A stretch of DNA of 64,000 bases, taken from the NCBI GenBank assembly GCA_963920595.1, contig OY986949.1:3534001-3598000 (forward strand), read 5' to 3'. A program made the translations under genes and the position numbers. This DNA comes from Eimeria praecox (Eukaryota). The notes under the pieces were generated by a model. The model was not told the origin of the DNA and searched no databases. It saw nothing but the letters and a program-made list of their open reading frames with translations. Numbering within the stretch: the stretch's first letter is position 1; every line of letters begins with the position of its first letter. Below are positions 40,244 to 55,700 of the stretch, in pieces.

Positions 40244-43200
40244 ATGCATCTGCCCCAGATTGTCGCACTCTTCCCACAGACTCACGTCCCGCGCTTCCAT
40301 CGACAACCTACTAATTTATGCCTATGGAACGCCCCACACAAAAACACCTTTGCCTATCCTCCGAACAAAACACAAAAACACCTGTGGCGGCGTTCGTGCA
40401 TGCACAGCAACCTGATGCCCACACTCCAACACAACCAGCACCTGTCAAACCTCTCTCTCTCTCTGGGCAGAAGCCGCCTAATCTGCCACCTCCACAACAC
40501 CCACTTGCTGCGGTTGCTGAAAACCAACAACAAAGTAAGCCAGCGACCCTGCTAAGGGAAACCGTCACTCCAAACCAACAGCCATAATCTATTCCCCAAA
40601 CCACCGGCACGCCACTAGCTACCATGCATCTGCCCCCGAATAGCGCACTCTTCCCACAGACTCACGTCCCGCGCTTCCATCGACAACCTACTAATTTATG
40701 CCTATGGAACGCCCCACACAAAAACACCTTTGCCTATCCTCCCAACAAAACACACAAACACCCGTGGCTGCGCCCGTCCATTCACAGCGCCCTCATGCGC
40801 ACACTCCAACACAACCAGCACCTGCCAAACCTCTCTCTCTCTCTGGGCAGAGGCCGCCTAATCTGCCACCTCCACAACACCCACTTGCTGCGGTGGCTAA
40901 ACACCAACAAAAACGTAAGCCAGCGACCCTGCTAAGGGAAACCCTCGCTCCAAACCAACAGCCATAATCTAGTCCCAAACCCACCGGCACGCCACTATCT
41001 ACCATGCATCTGCCCCAGATTGTCGCACTCTTCCCACAGACTCACGTCCCGCGCTTCCATCGACAACCTACTAATTTATGCCTATGGAACGCCCCACACA
41101 AAAACACCTTTGCCTATCCTCCGAACAAAACACACAAACACCCGTGGCAGCGTTCGTCCATGTACAACAACCTGATGCCCACACTCCAACACAACCAGCA
41201 CCTGCCAAACCTCTCTCTCTCTCTGGGCAGAGGCCGCCTAATCTGCCACCTCCACAACACCCACTTGCTGCGGTGGCTAAACACCAACAAAAACGTAAGC
41301 CAGCGACCCTGCTAAGGGAATCCCTCGCTCCAAACCAACAGCCATAATCTAGTCCCAAAACCACCGGCACGCCACTATCTACCATGCATCTGCCCCAGAT
41401 TGTCGCACTCTTCCCACAGACTCACGTCCCGCGCTTCCATCGACAGCCTACTAATTTATGCCTATGGAACGCCCCACACAAAAACACCTTTGCCTATCCT
41501 CCGAACAAAACACACAAACACCCGTGGCAGCGTTCGTCCATGTACAACAACCTGATGCCCACACTCCAACACAACCAGCACCTGCCAAACCTCTCTCTCT
41601 CTGCGCAGAAGCCGCCTGGCCTGCCACCTCCACAATACCCACTTGCTGCGGTGGCTAAACACCAACAAAAACGTAAGCCAGCGACCCTGTTAACGCCAAC
41701 CCTCCCTCCAAACCAACAGCCATAATCTATTCCCCAAACCACCAGCACGCCACTAGCTACCATGCATCTGCCCCAGATTGTCGCACTCTTCCCACAGACT
41801 CACGTCCCGCGCTTCCATCGGCCAACCACTAATTTACGCCTATGGAACGCATCACACAAAAACAGCTTTGTCTATCCTCCGAACAAAACACACAAACACC
41901 TGTGGCAGCGTCCGTCCATGCACAACAACCTGATGCCCACACTCCAACACAACAAGCACCTGCCAAACCTCTCTCTCTCTCTGCGCAGGACCCGCCTAAT
42001 CTGCCACCTCCACAACACCCACTTGCTGCGGTTGCTGAAAACCAACAACAAAGTAAGCCAGCAACCCTGCTAAGGGAAACCGTCGCTCCAAACCAACAGC
42101 CATAATCTATTCCCAAAACCACCGGCACGCCACTATCTACCATGCATCTGCCCCAGATTGTCGCACTCTTCCCACAGACTCACGTCCCGCGCTTCCATCG
42201 ACAACCTACTAATTTATGCCTATGGAACGCCCCACACAAAAACAGCTTTGTCTATCCTCCGAACAAAACACACAAACACCTGTGGCGGCGTTCGTGCATG
42301 CACAGCAACCTGATGCCCACACTCCAACACAACCAGCACCTGTCAAACCTCTCTCTCTCTCTGGGCAGAAGCCGCCTAATCTGCCACCTCCACAACACCC
42401 ACTTGCTGCGGTTGCTGAAAACCAACAACAAAGTAAGCCAGCAACCCTGCTAAGGGAAACCCTCGCTCCAAACCAACAGCCATAATCTATTCCCAAAACC
42501 ACCGGCACGCCACTATCTACCATGCATCTGCCCCAGATTGTCGCACTCTTCCCACAGACTCACGTCCCGCGCTTCCATCGACAACCTACTAATTTATGCC
42601 TATGGAACGCCCCACACAAAAACAGCTTTGTCTATCCTCCGAACAAAACACACAAACACCTGTGGCGGCGTTCGTGCATGCACAGCAACCTGATGCCCAC
42701 ACTCCAACACAACCAGCACCTGTCAAACCTCTCTCCCTCTCTGGGCAGAAGCCGCCTAATCTGCCACCTCCACAACACCCACTTGCTGCGGTTGCTGAAA
42801 ACCAACAACAAAGTAAGCCAGCGACCCTGCTAAGGGAAACCCTCGCTCCAAACCAACAGCCATAATCTAGTCCCAAAACCACCGGCACGCCACTATCTAC
42901 CATGCATCTGCCCCAGATTGTCGCACTCTTCCCACAGACTCACGTCCCGCGCTTCCATCGACAACCTACTAATTTATGCCTATGGAACCCCCACACAAAA
43001 ACACCTTTGCCTATCCTCCGAACAAAACACAAAAACACCTGTGGCGGCGTTCGTGCATGCACAGCAACCTGATGCCCACACTCCAACACAACCAGCACCT
43101 GTCAAACCTCTCTCTCTCTCTGGGCAGAAGCCGCCTAATCTGCCACCTCCACAACACCCACTTGCTGCGGTTGCTGAAAACCAACAACAAAGTAAGCCAG

Positions 43201-45178
43201 CGACCCTGCTAAGGGAAACCGTCACTCCAAACCAACAGCCATAATCTATTCCCAAAACCACCGGCACGCCACTAGCTACCATGCATCTGCCCCCGAATAG
43301 CGCACTCTTCCCACAGACTCACGTCCCGCGCTTCCATCGACAACCTACTAATTTATGCCTATGGAACGCCCCACACAAAAACACCTTTGCCTATCCTCCG
43401 AACAAAACACACAAACACCCGTGGCAGCGTTCGTCCATGTACAACAACCTGATGCCCACACTCCAACACAACCAACACCTGCCAAACCTCTCTCTCTCTC
43501 TGGGCAGAGGCCGCCTAATCTGCCACCTCCACAACACCCACTTGCTGCGGTGGCTAAACACCAACAAAAACGTAAGCCAGCGACCCTGCTAAGGGAAACC
43601 CTCGCTCCAAACCAACAGCCATAATCTAGTCCCAAACCCACCGGCACGCCACTATCTACCATGCATCTGCCCCAGATTGTCGCACTCTTCCCACAGACTC
43701 ACGTCCCGCGCTTCCATCGACAACCTACTAATTTATGCCTATGGAACGCCCCACACAAAAACACCTTTGCCTATCCTCCGAACAAAACACACAAACACCC
43801 GTGGCAGCGTTCGTCCATGTACAACAACCTGATGCCCACACTCCAACACAACAAGCACCTGCCAAACCTCTCTCTCTCTCTGCGCAGGACCCGCCTAATC
43901 TGCCACCTCCACAACACCCACTTGCTGCGGTGGCTAAACACCAACAAAAACGTAAGCCAGCGACCCTGCTAAGGGAATCCCTCGCTCCAAACCAACAGCC
44001 ATAATCTATTCCCAAAACCACCGGCACGCCACTATCTACCATGCATCTGCCCCAGATTGTCGCACTCTTCCCACAGACTCACGTCCCGCGCTTCCATCGA
44101 CAGCCTACTAATTTATGCCTATGGAACGCCCCACACAAAAACACCTTTGCCTATCCTCCGAACAAAACACACAAACACCCGTGGCAGCGTTCGTCCATGT
44201 ACAACAACCTGATGCCCACACTCCAACACAACCAGCACCTGCCAAACCTCTCTCTCTCTGCGCAGAAGCCGCCTGGCCTGCCACCTCCACAATACCCACT
44301 TGCTGCGGTGGCTAAACACCAACAAAAACGTAAGCCAGCGACCCTGTTAACGCCAACCCTCCCTCCAAACCAACAGCCATAATCTATTCCCCAAACCACC
44401 AGCACGCCACTAGCTACCATGCATCTGCCCCAGATTGTCGCACTCTTCCCACAGACTCACGTCCCGCGCTTCCATCGGCCAACCACTAATTTACGCCTAT
44501 GGAACGCATCACACAAAAACAGCTTTGTCTATCCTCCGAACAAAACACACAAACACCTGTGGCAGCGTCCGTCCATGCACAACAACCTGATGCCCACACT
44601 CCAACACAACAAGCACCTGCCAAACCTCTCTCTCTCTCTGCGCAGGACCCGCCTAATCTGCCACCTCCACAACACCCACTTGCTGCGGTTGCTGAAAACC
44701 AACAACAAAGTAAGCCAGCGACCCTGCTAAGGGAAACCCTCGCTCCAAACCAACAGCCATAATCTATTCCCAAAACCACCGGCACGCCACTATCTACCAT
44801 GCATCTGCCCCAGATTGTCGCACTCTTCCCACAGACTCACGTCCCGCGCTTCCATCGACAACCTACTAATTTATGCCTATGGAACGCCCCACACAAAAAC
44901 AGCTTTGTCTATCCTCCGAACAAAACACACAAACACCTGTGGCGGCGTTCGTGCATGCACAGCAACCTGATGCCCACACTCCAACACAACCAGCACCTGT
45001 CAAACCTTTCTCTCTCTCTGGGCAGAAGCCGCCTAATCTGCCACCTCCACAACACCCACTTGCTGCGGTTGCTGAAAACCAACAACAAAGTAAGCCAGCA
45101 ACCGTGCTAAGGGAAACCGTCGCTCCAAACCAACAGCCATAATCTATTCCCAAAACCACCGGCACGCCACTAGCTACC
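40244..45178 (+). repeat. 7-monomer higher-order repeat, ~2657-bp period, ~1.9 copies
   Basis: Pairs 40244/42902, 40624/43281, 41004/43661 (GGAATCCC), 41384/44041 (CGACAGCC, AACGCCAAC), 41762/44419 (ATCGGCC) and 42142/44799. Confidence 0.85.
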
Positions 45179-48100
45179 ATGCATCTGCCCCAGATTGTCG
45201 CACTCTTCCCACAGACTCACGTCCCGCGCTTCCATCGACAACCTACTAATTTATGCCTATGGAACGCCCCACACAAAAACAGCTTTGTCTATCCTCCGAA
45301 CAAAACACACAAACACCTGTGGCGGCGTTCGTGCATGCACAGCAACCTGATGCCCACACTCCAACACAACCAGCACCTGTCAAACCTCTCTCTCTCTCTG
45401 GGCAGAAGCCGCCTAATCTGCCACCTCCACAACACCCACTTGCTGCGGTTGCTGAAAACCAACAACAAAGTAAGCCAGCAACCGTGCTAAGGGAAACCGT
45501 CGCTCCAAACCAACAGCCATAATCTATTCCCAAAACCACCGGCACGCCACTAGCTACCATGCATCTGCCCCAGATTGTCGCACTCTTCCCACAGACTCAC
45601 GTCCCGCGCTTCCATCGACAACCTACTAATTTATGCCTATGGAACGCCCCACACAAAAACAGCTTTGTCTATCCTCCGAACAAAACACACAAACACCTGT
45701 GGCGGCGTTCGTGCATGCACAGCAACCTGATGCCCACACTCCAACACAACCAGCACCTGTCAAACCTCTCTCTCTCTCTGGGCAGAAGCCGCCTAATCTG
45801 CCACCTCCACAACACCCACTTGCTGCGGTTGCTGAAAACCAACAACAAAGTAAGCCAGCGACCCTGCTAAGGGAAACCCTCACTCCAAACCAACAGCCAT
45901 AATCTATTCCCAAAACCACCGGCACGCCACTATCTACCATGCATCTGCCCCAGATTGTCGCACTCTTCCCACAGACTCACGTCCCGCGCTTCCATCGACA
46001 GCCTACTAATTTATGCCTATGGAACGCCCCACACAAAAACACCTTTGCCTATCCTCCGAACAAAACACACAAACACCCGTGGCAGCGTTCGTCCATGTAC
46101 AACAACCTGATGCCCACACTCCAACACAACAAGCACCTGCCAAACCTCTCTCTCTCTGCGCAGAAGCCGCCTGGCCTGCCACCTCCACAATACCCACTTG
46201 CTGCGGTGGCTAAACACCAACAAAAACGTAAGCCAGCGACTTTGTTAACGGCAACCCTCCCTCCAAACCAACAGCCATAATCTATTCCCCAAACCACCAG
46301 CACGCCACTAGCTACCATGCATCTGCCCCAGATTGTCGCACTCTTCCCACAGACTCACGTCCCGCGCTTCCATCGGCCAACCACTAATTTACGCCTATGG
46401 AACGCATCACACAAAAACAGCTTTGTCTATCCTCCGAACAAAACACACAAACACCTGTGGCAGCGTCCGTCCATGTACAACAACCTGATGCCCACACTCC
46501 AACACAACAAGCACCTGCCAAACCTCTCTCTCTCTCTGCGCAGAAGCCGCCTAATCTGCCACCTCCACAACACCCATTTGCTGCGGTGGCTAAACACCAA
46601 CAAAATGTAAGCGAGCGAGCCTGCTAAGGGAAACCCTCGCTCCAAACCAACAGCCATAATCTAGTCCCAAACCCACCGGCACGCCACTATCTACCATGCA
46701 CCTGCCCCAGATTGTCGCACTCTTCCCACAGACTCACGTCCCGCGCTTCCATCGACCAACCACTAATTTATGCCTATGGAACGCCCCACACAAAAACAGC
46801 TTTGTCTATCCTCCGAACAAAACACACAAACACCTGTGGCGGCGTTCGTGCATGCACAGCAACCTGATGCCCACACTCCAACACAACCAGCACCTGCCAA
46901 ACCTCTCTCTCTCTCTGGGCAGAGGCCGCCTAATCTGCCACCTCCACAACACCCACTTGCTGCGGTGGCTAAACACCAACAAAAACGTAAGCCAGCGACC
47001 CTGCTAAGGGAAACCCTCGCTCCAAACCAACAGCCATAATCTAGTCCCAAACCCACCGGCACGTCACTATCTACCATGCATCTGCCCCAGATTGTCGCAC
47101 TCTTCCCACAGACTCACGTCCCGCGCTTCCATCGACCAACCACTAATTTACGCCTACCGAACGCCCCACACAAAAACAGCTTTGTCTATCCTCCGAACAA
47201 AACACACAAACACCTGTGGCGGCGTTGGTGCATGTACAACAACCTGATGCCCACACTCCAACACAACCAGCACCTGCCAAACCTCTCTCTCTCTGCGCAG
47301 AAGCCGCCTGCCCTGCCACCTCCACAACACCCACTTGCTGCGGTGGCTAAACACCAACAAAAACGTAAGCCAGAGACTTTGTTAACGGCAACCCTCCCTC
47401 CAAACCAACAGCCATAATCTATTCCCAAAACCACCAGCACGCCACTAGCTACCATGCATCTGCCCCAGATTGTCGCACTCTTCCCACAGACTCACGTCCC
47501 GCGCTTCCATCGACCAACCACTAATTTACGCCTACCGAACGCCCCACACAAAAACACCTTTGTCTATCCTCCGAACAAAACACACAAACACCTGTGGCAG
47601 CGTCCGTCCATGCACAACAACCTGATGCCCACACTCCAACACAACCAGCACCTGCCAAACCTCTCTCTCTCTCTGCGCAGGACCCGCCTAATCTGCCACC
47701 TCCACAACACCCACTTGCTGCGGTGGCTAAACACCAACAAAAACGTAAGCCAGCGACCCTGCTAAGGGAAACCGTCGCTCCAAACCAACAGCCATAATCT
47801 ATTCCCAAAACCACCGGCACGCCACTATCTACCATGCATCTGCCCCAGATTGTCGCACTCTTCCCACAGACTCACGTCCCGCGCTTCCATCGACAACCTA
47901 CTAATTTATGCCTATGGAACGCCCCACACAAAAACACCTTTGCCTATCCTCCGAACAAAACACACAAACACCCGTGGCAGCGTTCGTCCATGTACAACAA
48001 CCTGATGCCCACACTCCAACACAACCAGCACCTGCCAAACCTCTCTCTCTTTGCGCAGGACCCGCCTAATCTGCCACCTCCACAACACCCACTTGCTGCG

Positions 48101-51100
48101 GTTGCTGAAAACCAACAACAAAGTAAGCCAGCGACCCTGCTAAGGGAAACCCTCGCTCCAAACCAACAGCCATAATCTGTTCCCAAACCCACCGGCACGC
48201 CACTATCTACCATGCACCTGCCCCAGATTGTCGCACTCTTCCCACAGACTCACGTCCCGCGCTTCCATCGACAGCCTACTAATTTATGCCTATGGAACGC
48301 CCCACACAAAAACACCTTTGCCTATCCTCCGAACAAAACACACAAACACCCGTGGCAGCGTTCGTCCATGTACAACAACCTGATGCCCACACTCCAACAC
48401 AACCAGCACCTGCCAAACCTCTCTCTCTCTGCGCAGAAGCCGCCTGGCCTGCCACCTCCACAATACCCACTTGCTGCGGTGGCTAAACACCAACAAAAAC
48501 GTAAGCCAGCGACTTTGTTAACGGCAACCCTCCCTCCAAACCAACAGCCATAATCTATTCCCCAAACCACCAGCACGCCACTAGCTACCATGCATCTGCC
48601 CCAGATTGTCGCACTCTTCCCACAGACTCACGTCCCGCGCTTCCATCGGCCAACCACTAATTTACGCCTATGGAACGCATCACACAAAAACAGCTTTGTC
48701 TATCCTCCGAACAAAACACACAAACACCTGTGGCAGCGTCCGTCCATGTACAACAACCTGATGCCCACACTCCAACACAACAAGCACCTGCCAAACCTCT
48801 CTCTCTCTCTGCGCAGAAGCCGCCTAATCTGCCACCTCCACAACACCCACTTGCTGCGGTGGCTAAACACCAACAAAAACGTAAGCCAGCGACCCTGCTA
48901 AGGGCAAACCTCGCTCCAAACCAACAGCCATAATCTAGTCCCCAAACCACCGGCACGCCACTATCTACCATGCATCTGCCCCAGATTGTCGCACTCTTCC
49001 CACAGACTCACGTCCCGCGCTTCCATCGGCCAACCACTAATTTACGCCTATGGAACGCATCACACAAAAACAGCTTTGTCTATCCTCCGAACAAAACACA
49101 CAAACACCTGTGGCAGCGTCCGTCCATGTACAACAACCTGATGCCCACACTCCAACACAACAAGCACCTGCCAAACCTCTCTCTCTCTCTGCGCAGAAGC
49201 CGCCTAATCTGCCACCTCCACAACACCCACTTGCTGCGGTGGCTAAACACCAACAAAATGTAAGCGAGCGAGCCTGCTAAGGGAAACCCTCGCTCCAAAC
49301 CAACAGCCATAATCTAGTCCCAAACCCACCGGCACGCCACTATCTACCATGCACCTGCCCCAGATTGTCGCACTCTTCCCACAGACTCACGTCCCGCGCT
49401 TCCATCGACAACCTACTAATTTATGCCTATGGAACGCCCCACACAAAAACACCTTTGCCTATCCTCCGAACAAAACACACAAACACCTGTGGCGGCGTTC
49501 GTGCATGTACAACAACCTGATGCCCACACTCCAACACAACCAGCACCTGCCAAACCTCTCTCTCTCTGCGCAGAAGCCGCCTGGCCTGCCACCTCCACAA
49601 TACCCACTTGCTGCGGTGGCTAAACACCAACAAAAACGTAAGCCAGAGACTTTGTTAACGGCAACCCTCCCTCCAAACCAACAGCCATAATCTATTCCCC
49701 AAACCACCAGCACGCCACTAGCTACGATGCATCTGCCCCAGATTGTCGCACTCTTCCCACAGACTCACGTCCCGCGCTTCCATCGACCAACCACTAATTT
49801 ACGCCTATGGAACGCATCACACAAAAACAGCTTTGTCTATCCTCCGAACAAAACACACAAACACCTGTGGCAGCGTCCGTCCATGCACAACAACCTGATG
49901 CCCACACTCCAACACAACAAGCACCTGCCAAACCTCTCTCTCTCTGCGCAGGACCCGCCTAATCTGCCACCTCCACAACACCCACTTGCTGCGGTGGCTA
50001 AACACCAACAAAAACGTAAGCCAGCGACCCTGCTAAGGGAATCCCTCGCTCCAAACCAACAGCCATAATCTAGTCCCCAAACCACCGGCACGCCACTAGC
50101 TACCATGCATCTGCCCCAGATTGTCGCACTCTTCCCACAGACTCACGTCCCGCGCTTCCATCGACAACCTACTAATTTATGCCTATGGAACGCCCCACAC
50201 AAAAACACCTTTGCCTATCCTCCGAACAAAACACACAAACACCCGTGGCAGCGTTCGTCCATGTACAACAACCTGATGCCCACACTCCAACACAACCAGC
50301 ACCTGCCAAACCTCTCTCTCTCTCTGCGCAGAAGCCGCCTAATCTGCCACCTCCACAACACCCACTTGCTGCGGTGGCTAAACACCAACAAAAACGTAAG
50401 CCAGCGACCCTGCTAAGGGCAAACCTCGCTCCAAACCAACAGCCATAATCTATTCCCCAAACCACCAGCACGCCACTAGCTACCATGCATCTGCCCCAGA
50501 TTGTCGCACTCTTCCCACAGACTCACGTCCCGCGCTTCCATCGACCAACCACTAATTTACGCCTATGGAACGCATCACACAAAAACAGCTTTGTCTATCC
50601 TCCGAACAAAACACACAAACACCTGTGGCAGCGTCCGCCCATGCACAACAACCTGATGCGCACACTCCAACACAACCAGCACCTGTCAAACCTCTCTCTC
50701 TCTCTGGGCAGAAGCCGCCTAATCTGCCACCTCCACAACACCCACTTGCTGCGGTGGCTAAACACCAAAAAAAACGTAAGCCAGCGGCCCTGCTAACGGC
50801 AACCCTCGCTCCAAACCAACAGCCATAATCTATTCCCAAAACCACCGGCACGCCACTATCTACCATGCATCTGCCCCAGATTGTCGCACTCTTCCCACAG
50901 ACTCACGTCCCGCGCTTCCATCGACCAACCACTAATTTACGCCTATGGAACGCCCCACACAAAAACAGCTTTGTCTATCCTCCGAACAAAACACACAAAC
51001 ACCTGTGGCAGCGTCCGTCCATGTACAACAACCTGATGCCCACACTCCAACACAACCAGCACCTGCCAAACCTCTCTCTCTCTCTGGGCAGAGGCCGCAT

Positions 51101-52765
51101 AATCTACCACCTCCACAACACCCACTTGCTGCGGTGGCTAAACACCAACAACAAAGTAAGCCAGCGACCCTGCTAAGGGAAACCCTCGCTCCAAACCAAC
51201 AGCCATAATCTATTCCCAAACCCACCGGCACGCCACTATCTACCATGCATCTGGCCCAGAATAGCGCACTCTTCCCACAGACTCACGTCCCGCGCTTCCA
51301 TCGACCAACCACTAATTTACGCCTATGGAACGCCCCACACAAAAACACCTTTGCCTATCCTCCGAACAAAACACACAAACACCTGTGGCGGCGTTCGTGC
51401 ATGCACAGCAACCTGATGCCCACACTCCAACACAACCAGCACCTGTCAAACCTCTCTCTCTCTCTGGGCAGAAGCCGCCTAATCTGCCACCTCCACAATA
51501 CCCACTTGCTGCGGTGGCTAAACACCAACAAAAACGTAAGCCAGAGACTTTGTTAACGGCAACCCTCCCTCCAAACCAACAGCCATAATCTATTCCCCAA
51601 ACCCACCCGCACGCCACTATCTACCATGCATCTGCCCCAGATTGTCGCACTCTTCCCACAGACTCACGTCCCGCGCTTCCATCGACCAACCACTAATTTA
51701 CGCCTATGGAACGCCCCACACAAAAACAGCTTTGTCTATCCTCCGAACAAAACACACAAACACCTGTGGCAGCGTCCGTCCATGTACAACAACCTGATGC
51801 CCACACTCCAACACAACCAGCACCTGCCAAACCTCTCTCTGTCTCTGCGCAGAAGCCGCCTGGCCTGCCCACTACACAACACCCACTTGCTGCGGTGGCT
51901 AAACACCAACAAAAACGTAAGCCAGCGACCCTGTTAACGGCAACCCTCCCTCCAAACCAACAGCCATAATCTATTCCCCAAACCACCAGCACGCCACTAG
52001 CTACCATGCATCTGCCCCAGAATAGCGCACTCTTCCCACAGACTCACGTCCCGCGCTTCCATCGACCAACCACTAATTTACGCCTATGGAACGCCCCACA
52101 CAAGAACAGCTTTGTCTATCCTCCGAACAAAACACACAAACACCTGTGGCAGCGTCCGTCCATGCACAACAACCTGATGCCCACACTCCAACACAACCAG
52201 CACCTGTCAAACCTCTCTCTGTCTCTGGGCAGAAGCCGCCTAATCTGCCACCTCCACAACACCCACTTGCTGCGGTGGCTAAACACCAACAAAAACGTAA
52301 GCCAGCGACCCTGCTAAGGGAAACCGTCGCTCCAAACCAACAGCCATAATCTATTCCCAAAACCACCGGCACGCCACTAGCTACCATGCATCTGCCCCCG
52401 AATAGCGCACTCTTCCCACAGACTCACGTCCCGCGCTTCCATCGACAACCTACTAATTTATGCCTATGGAACGCCCCACACAAAAACACCTTTGCCTATC
52501 CTCCGAACAAAACACACAAACACCCGTGGCAGCGTTCGTGCATGTACAACAACCTGATGCCCACACTCCAACACAACCAGCACCTGCCAAACCTCTCTCT
52601 CTCTCTGGGCAGAGGCCGCCTAATCTGCCACCTCCACAACACCCACTTGCTGCGGTGGCTAAACACCAACAGAAACGTAAGCCAGCGACCCTGCTAAGGG
52701 AAACCGTCGCTCCAAACCAACAGCCATAATCTAGTCCCAAAACCACCGGCACGCCACTAGCTACC

Positions 52766-55700
52766 ATGCATCTGCCCCAGATTGTCGCACTCTTCCCACA
52801 GACTCACGTCCCGCGCTTCCATCGACAACCTACTAATTTATGCCTATGGAACGCCCCACACAAAAACACCTTTGCCTATCCTCCGAACAAAACACACAAA
52901 CACCTGTGGCAGCGTTCGTCCATGTGCAACAACCTGATGCCCACACTCCAACACAACCATCACCTGCCAAACCTCTCTCTCTCTCTGCGCAGGAGCCGCC
53001 TGGCCTGCCATCTCCGCAACACCCACTTGCTGCGGTTGCTGAAAACCAACAACAAAGTAAGCCAGCGACCCTGCTAAGGGCAAACCTCGCTCCAAACCAA
53101 CAGCCATAATCTATTCCCAAAACCACCGGCACGCCACTATCTACCATGCATCTGCCCCAGATCGTCGCACTCTTCCCACAGACTCACGTCCCGCGCTTCC
53201 ATCGACCAACCACTAATTTATGCCTATGGAACGCCTCACACAAAAACACCTTTGCCTATCCTCCGAACAAAACACACAAACACCTGTGGCAGCGTCCGTC
53301 CATGCACAACAACCTGATGCCCACACTCCAACACAACCAGCACCTGTCAAACCTCTCTCTCTCTCTGGGCAGAAGCCGCCTAATCTGCCACCTCCACAAC
53401 ACCCACTTGCTGCGGTGGCTAAACACCAACAAAAACGTAAGCCAGCGACCCTGTTAACGGCAACACTCCCTCCAAACCAACAGCCATAATCTATTCCCCA
53501 AACCACCGGCACGCCACTATCTACCATGCATCTGCCCCAGATTGTCGCACTCTTCCCACAGACTCACGTCCCGCGCTTCCATCGACAACCTACTAATTTA
53601 TGCCTATGGAACGCCCCACACAAAAACAGCTTTGTCTATCCTCCGAACAAAACACACAAACACCTGTGGCAGCGTCCGTCCATGTACAACAACCTGATGC
53701 CCACACTCCAACACAACCAGCACCTGCCAAACCTCTCTCTCTCTCTGCGCAGAAGCCGCCTGGCCTGCCACCTCCACAACACCCACTTGCTGCGGTGGCT
53801 AAACACCAACAAAAACGTAAGCCAGCGACCCTGTTAACGGCAACCCTCCCTCCAAACCAACAGCCATAATCTATTCCCCAAACCACCAGCACGCCACTAG
53901 CTACCATGCATCTGCCCCAGAATAGCGCACTCTTCCCACAGACTCACGTCCCGCGCTTTCATCGACCAACCACTAATTTATGCCTGTGGAACGCCCCACA
54001 CAAGAACAGCTTTGTCTATCCTCCGAACAAAACACACAAACACCTGTGGCAGCGTCCGTCCATGTACAACAACCTGATGCCCACACTCCAACACAACCAG
54101 CACCTGCCAAACCTCTCTCTCTCTCTGCGCAGGAGCCGCCTAATCTGCCACCTCCACAACACCCACTTGCTGCGGTTGCTGAAAACCAACAACAAAGTAA
54201 GCCAGCAACCGTGCTAAGGGAAACCGTCGCTCCAAACCAACAGCCATAATCTATTCCCAAAACCACCGGCACGCCACTATCTACCATGCATCTGCCCCAG
54301 ATTGTCGCACTCTTCCCACAGACTCACGTCCCGCGCTTCCATCGACCAACCACTAATTTATGCCTATGGAACGCATCACACAAAAACAGCTTTGTCTATC
54401 CTCCGAACAAAACACACAAACACCTGTGGCAGCGTCCGTCCATGCACAACAACCTGATGCGCACACTCCAACACAACCAGCACCTGTCAAACCTCTCTCT
54501 CTCTCTGGGCAGAAGCCGCCTAATCTGCCACCTCCACAACACCCACTTGCTGCGGTGGCTAAACACCAACAAAAACGTAAGCCAGCGACCCTGTTAACGG
54601 CAACCCTCCCTCTAAACCAACAGCCATAATCTATTCCCAAAACCACCGGCACGCCACTATCTACCATGCATCTGCCCCAGATTGTCGCACTCTTCCCACA
54701 GACTCACGTCCCGCGCTTCCATCGACCAACCACTAATTTACGCCTATGGAACGCCCCACACAAAAACAGCTTTGTCTATCCTCCGAACAAAACACACAAA
54801 CACCTGTGGCGGCGTTCGTGTATGTACAACAACCTGATGCCCACACTCCAACACAACCAGCACCTGCCAAACCTCTCTCTCTCTCTGCGCAGGAGCCGCC
54901 TGGCCTGCCATCTCCGCAACACCCACTTGCTGCGGTTGCTGAAAACCAACAACAAAGTAAGCCAGCGACCCTGCTAAGGGCAAACCTCGCTCCAAACCAA
55001 CAGCCATAATCTATTCCCAAAACCACCGGCACGCCACTATCTACCATGCATCTGCCCCAGATCGTCGCACTCTTCCCACAGACTCACGTCCCGCGCTTCC
55101 ATCGACCAACCACTAATTTATGCCTATGGAACGCCTCACACAAAAACACCTTTGCCTATCCTCCGAACAAAACACACAAACACCTGTGGCAGCGTCCGTC
55201 CATGCACAACAACCTGATGCCCACACTCCAACACAACCAGCACCTGTCAAACCTCTCTCTCTCTCTGGGCAGAAGCCGCCTAATCTGCCACCTCCACAAC
55301 ACCCACTTGCTGCGGTGGCTAAACACCAACAAAAACGTAAGCCAGCGACCCTGTTAACGGCAACCCTCCCTCCAAACCAACAGCCATAATCTATTCCCCA
55401 AACCACCGGCACGCCACTATCTACCATGCATCTGCCCCAGATTGTCGCACTCTTCCCACAGACTCACGTCCCGCGCTTCCATCGACAACCTACTAATTTA
55501 TGCCTATGGAACGCCCCACACAAAAACAGCTTTGTCTATCCTCCGAACAAAACACACAAACACCTGTGGCAGCGTCCGTCCATGTACAACAACCTGATGC
55601 CCACACTCCAACACAACCAGCACCTGCCAAACCTCTCTCTCTCTCTGCGCAGAAGCCGCCTGGCCTGCCCACTACACAACACCCACTTGCTGCGGTGGCT

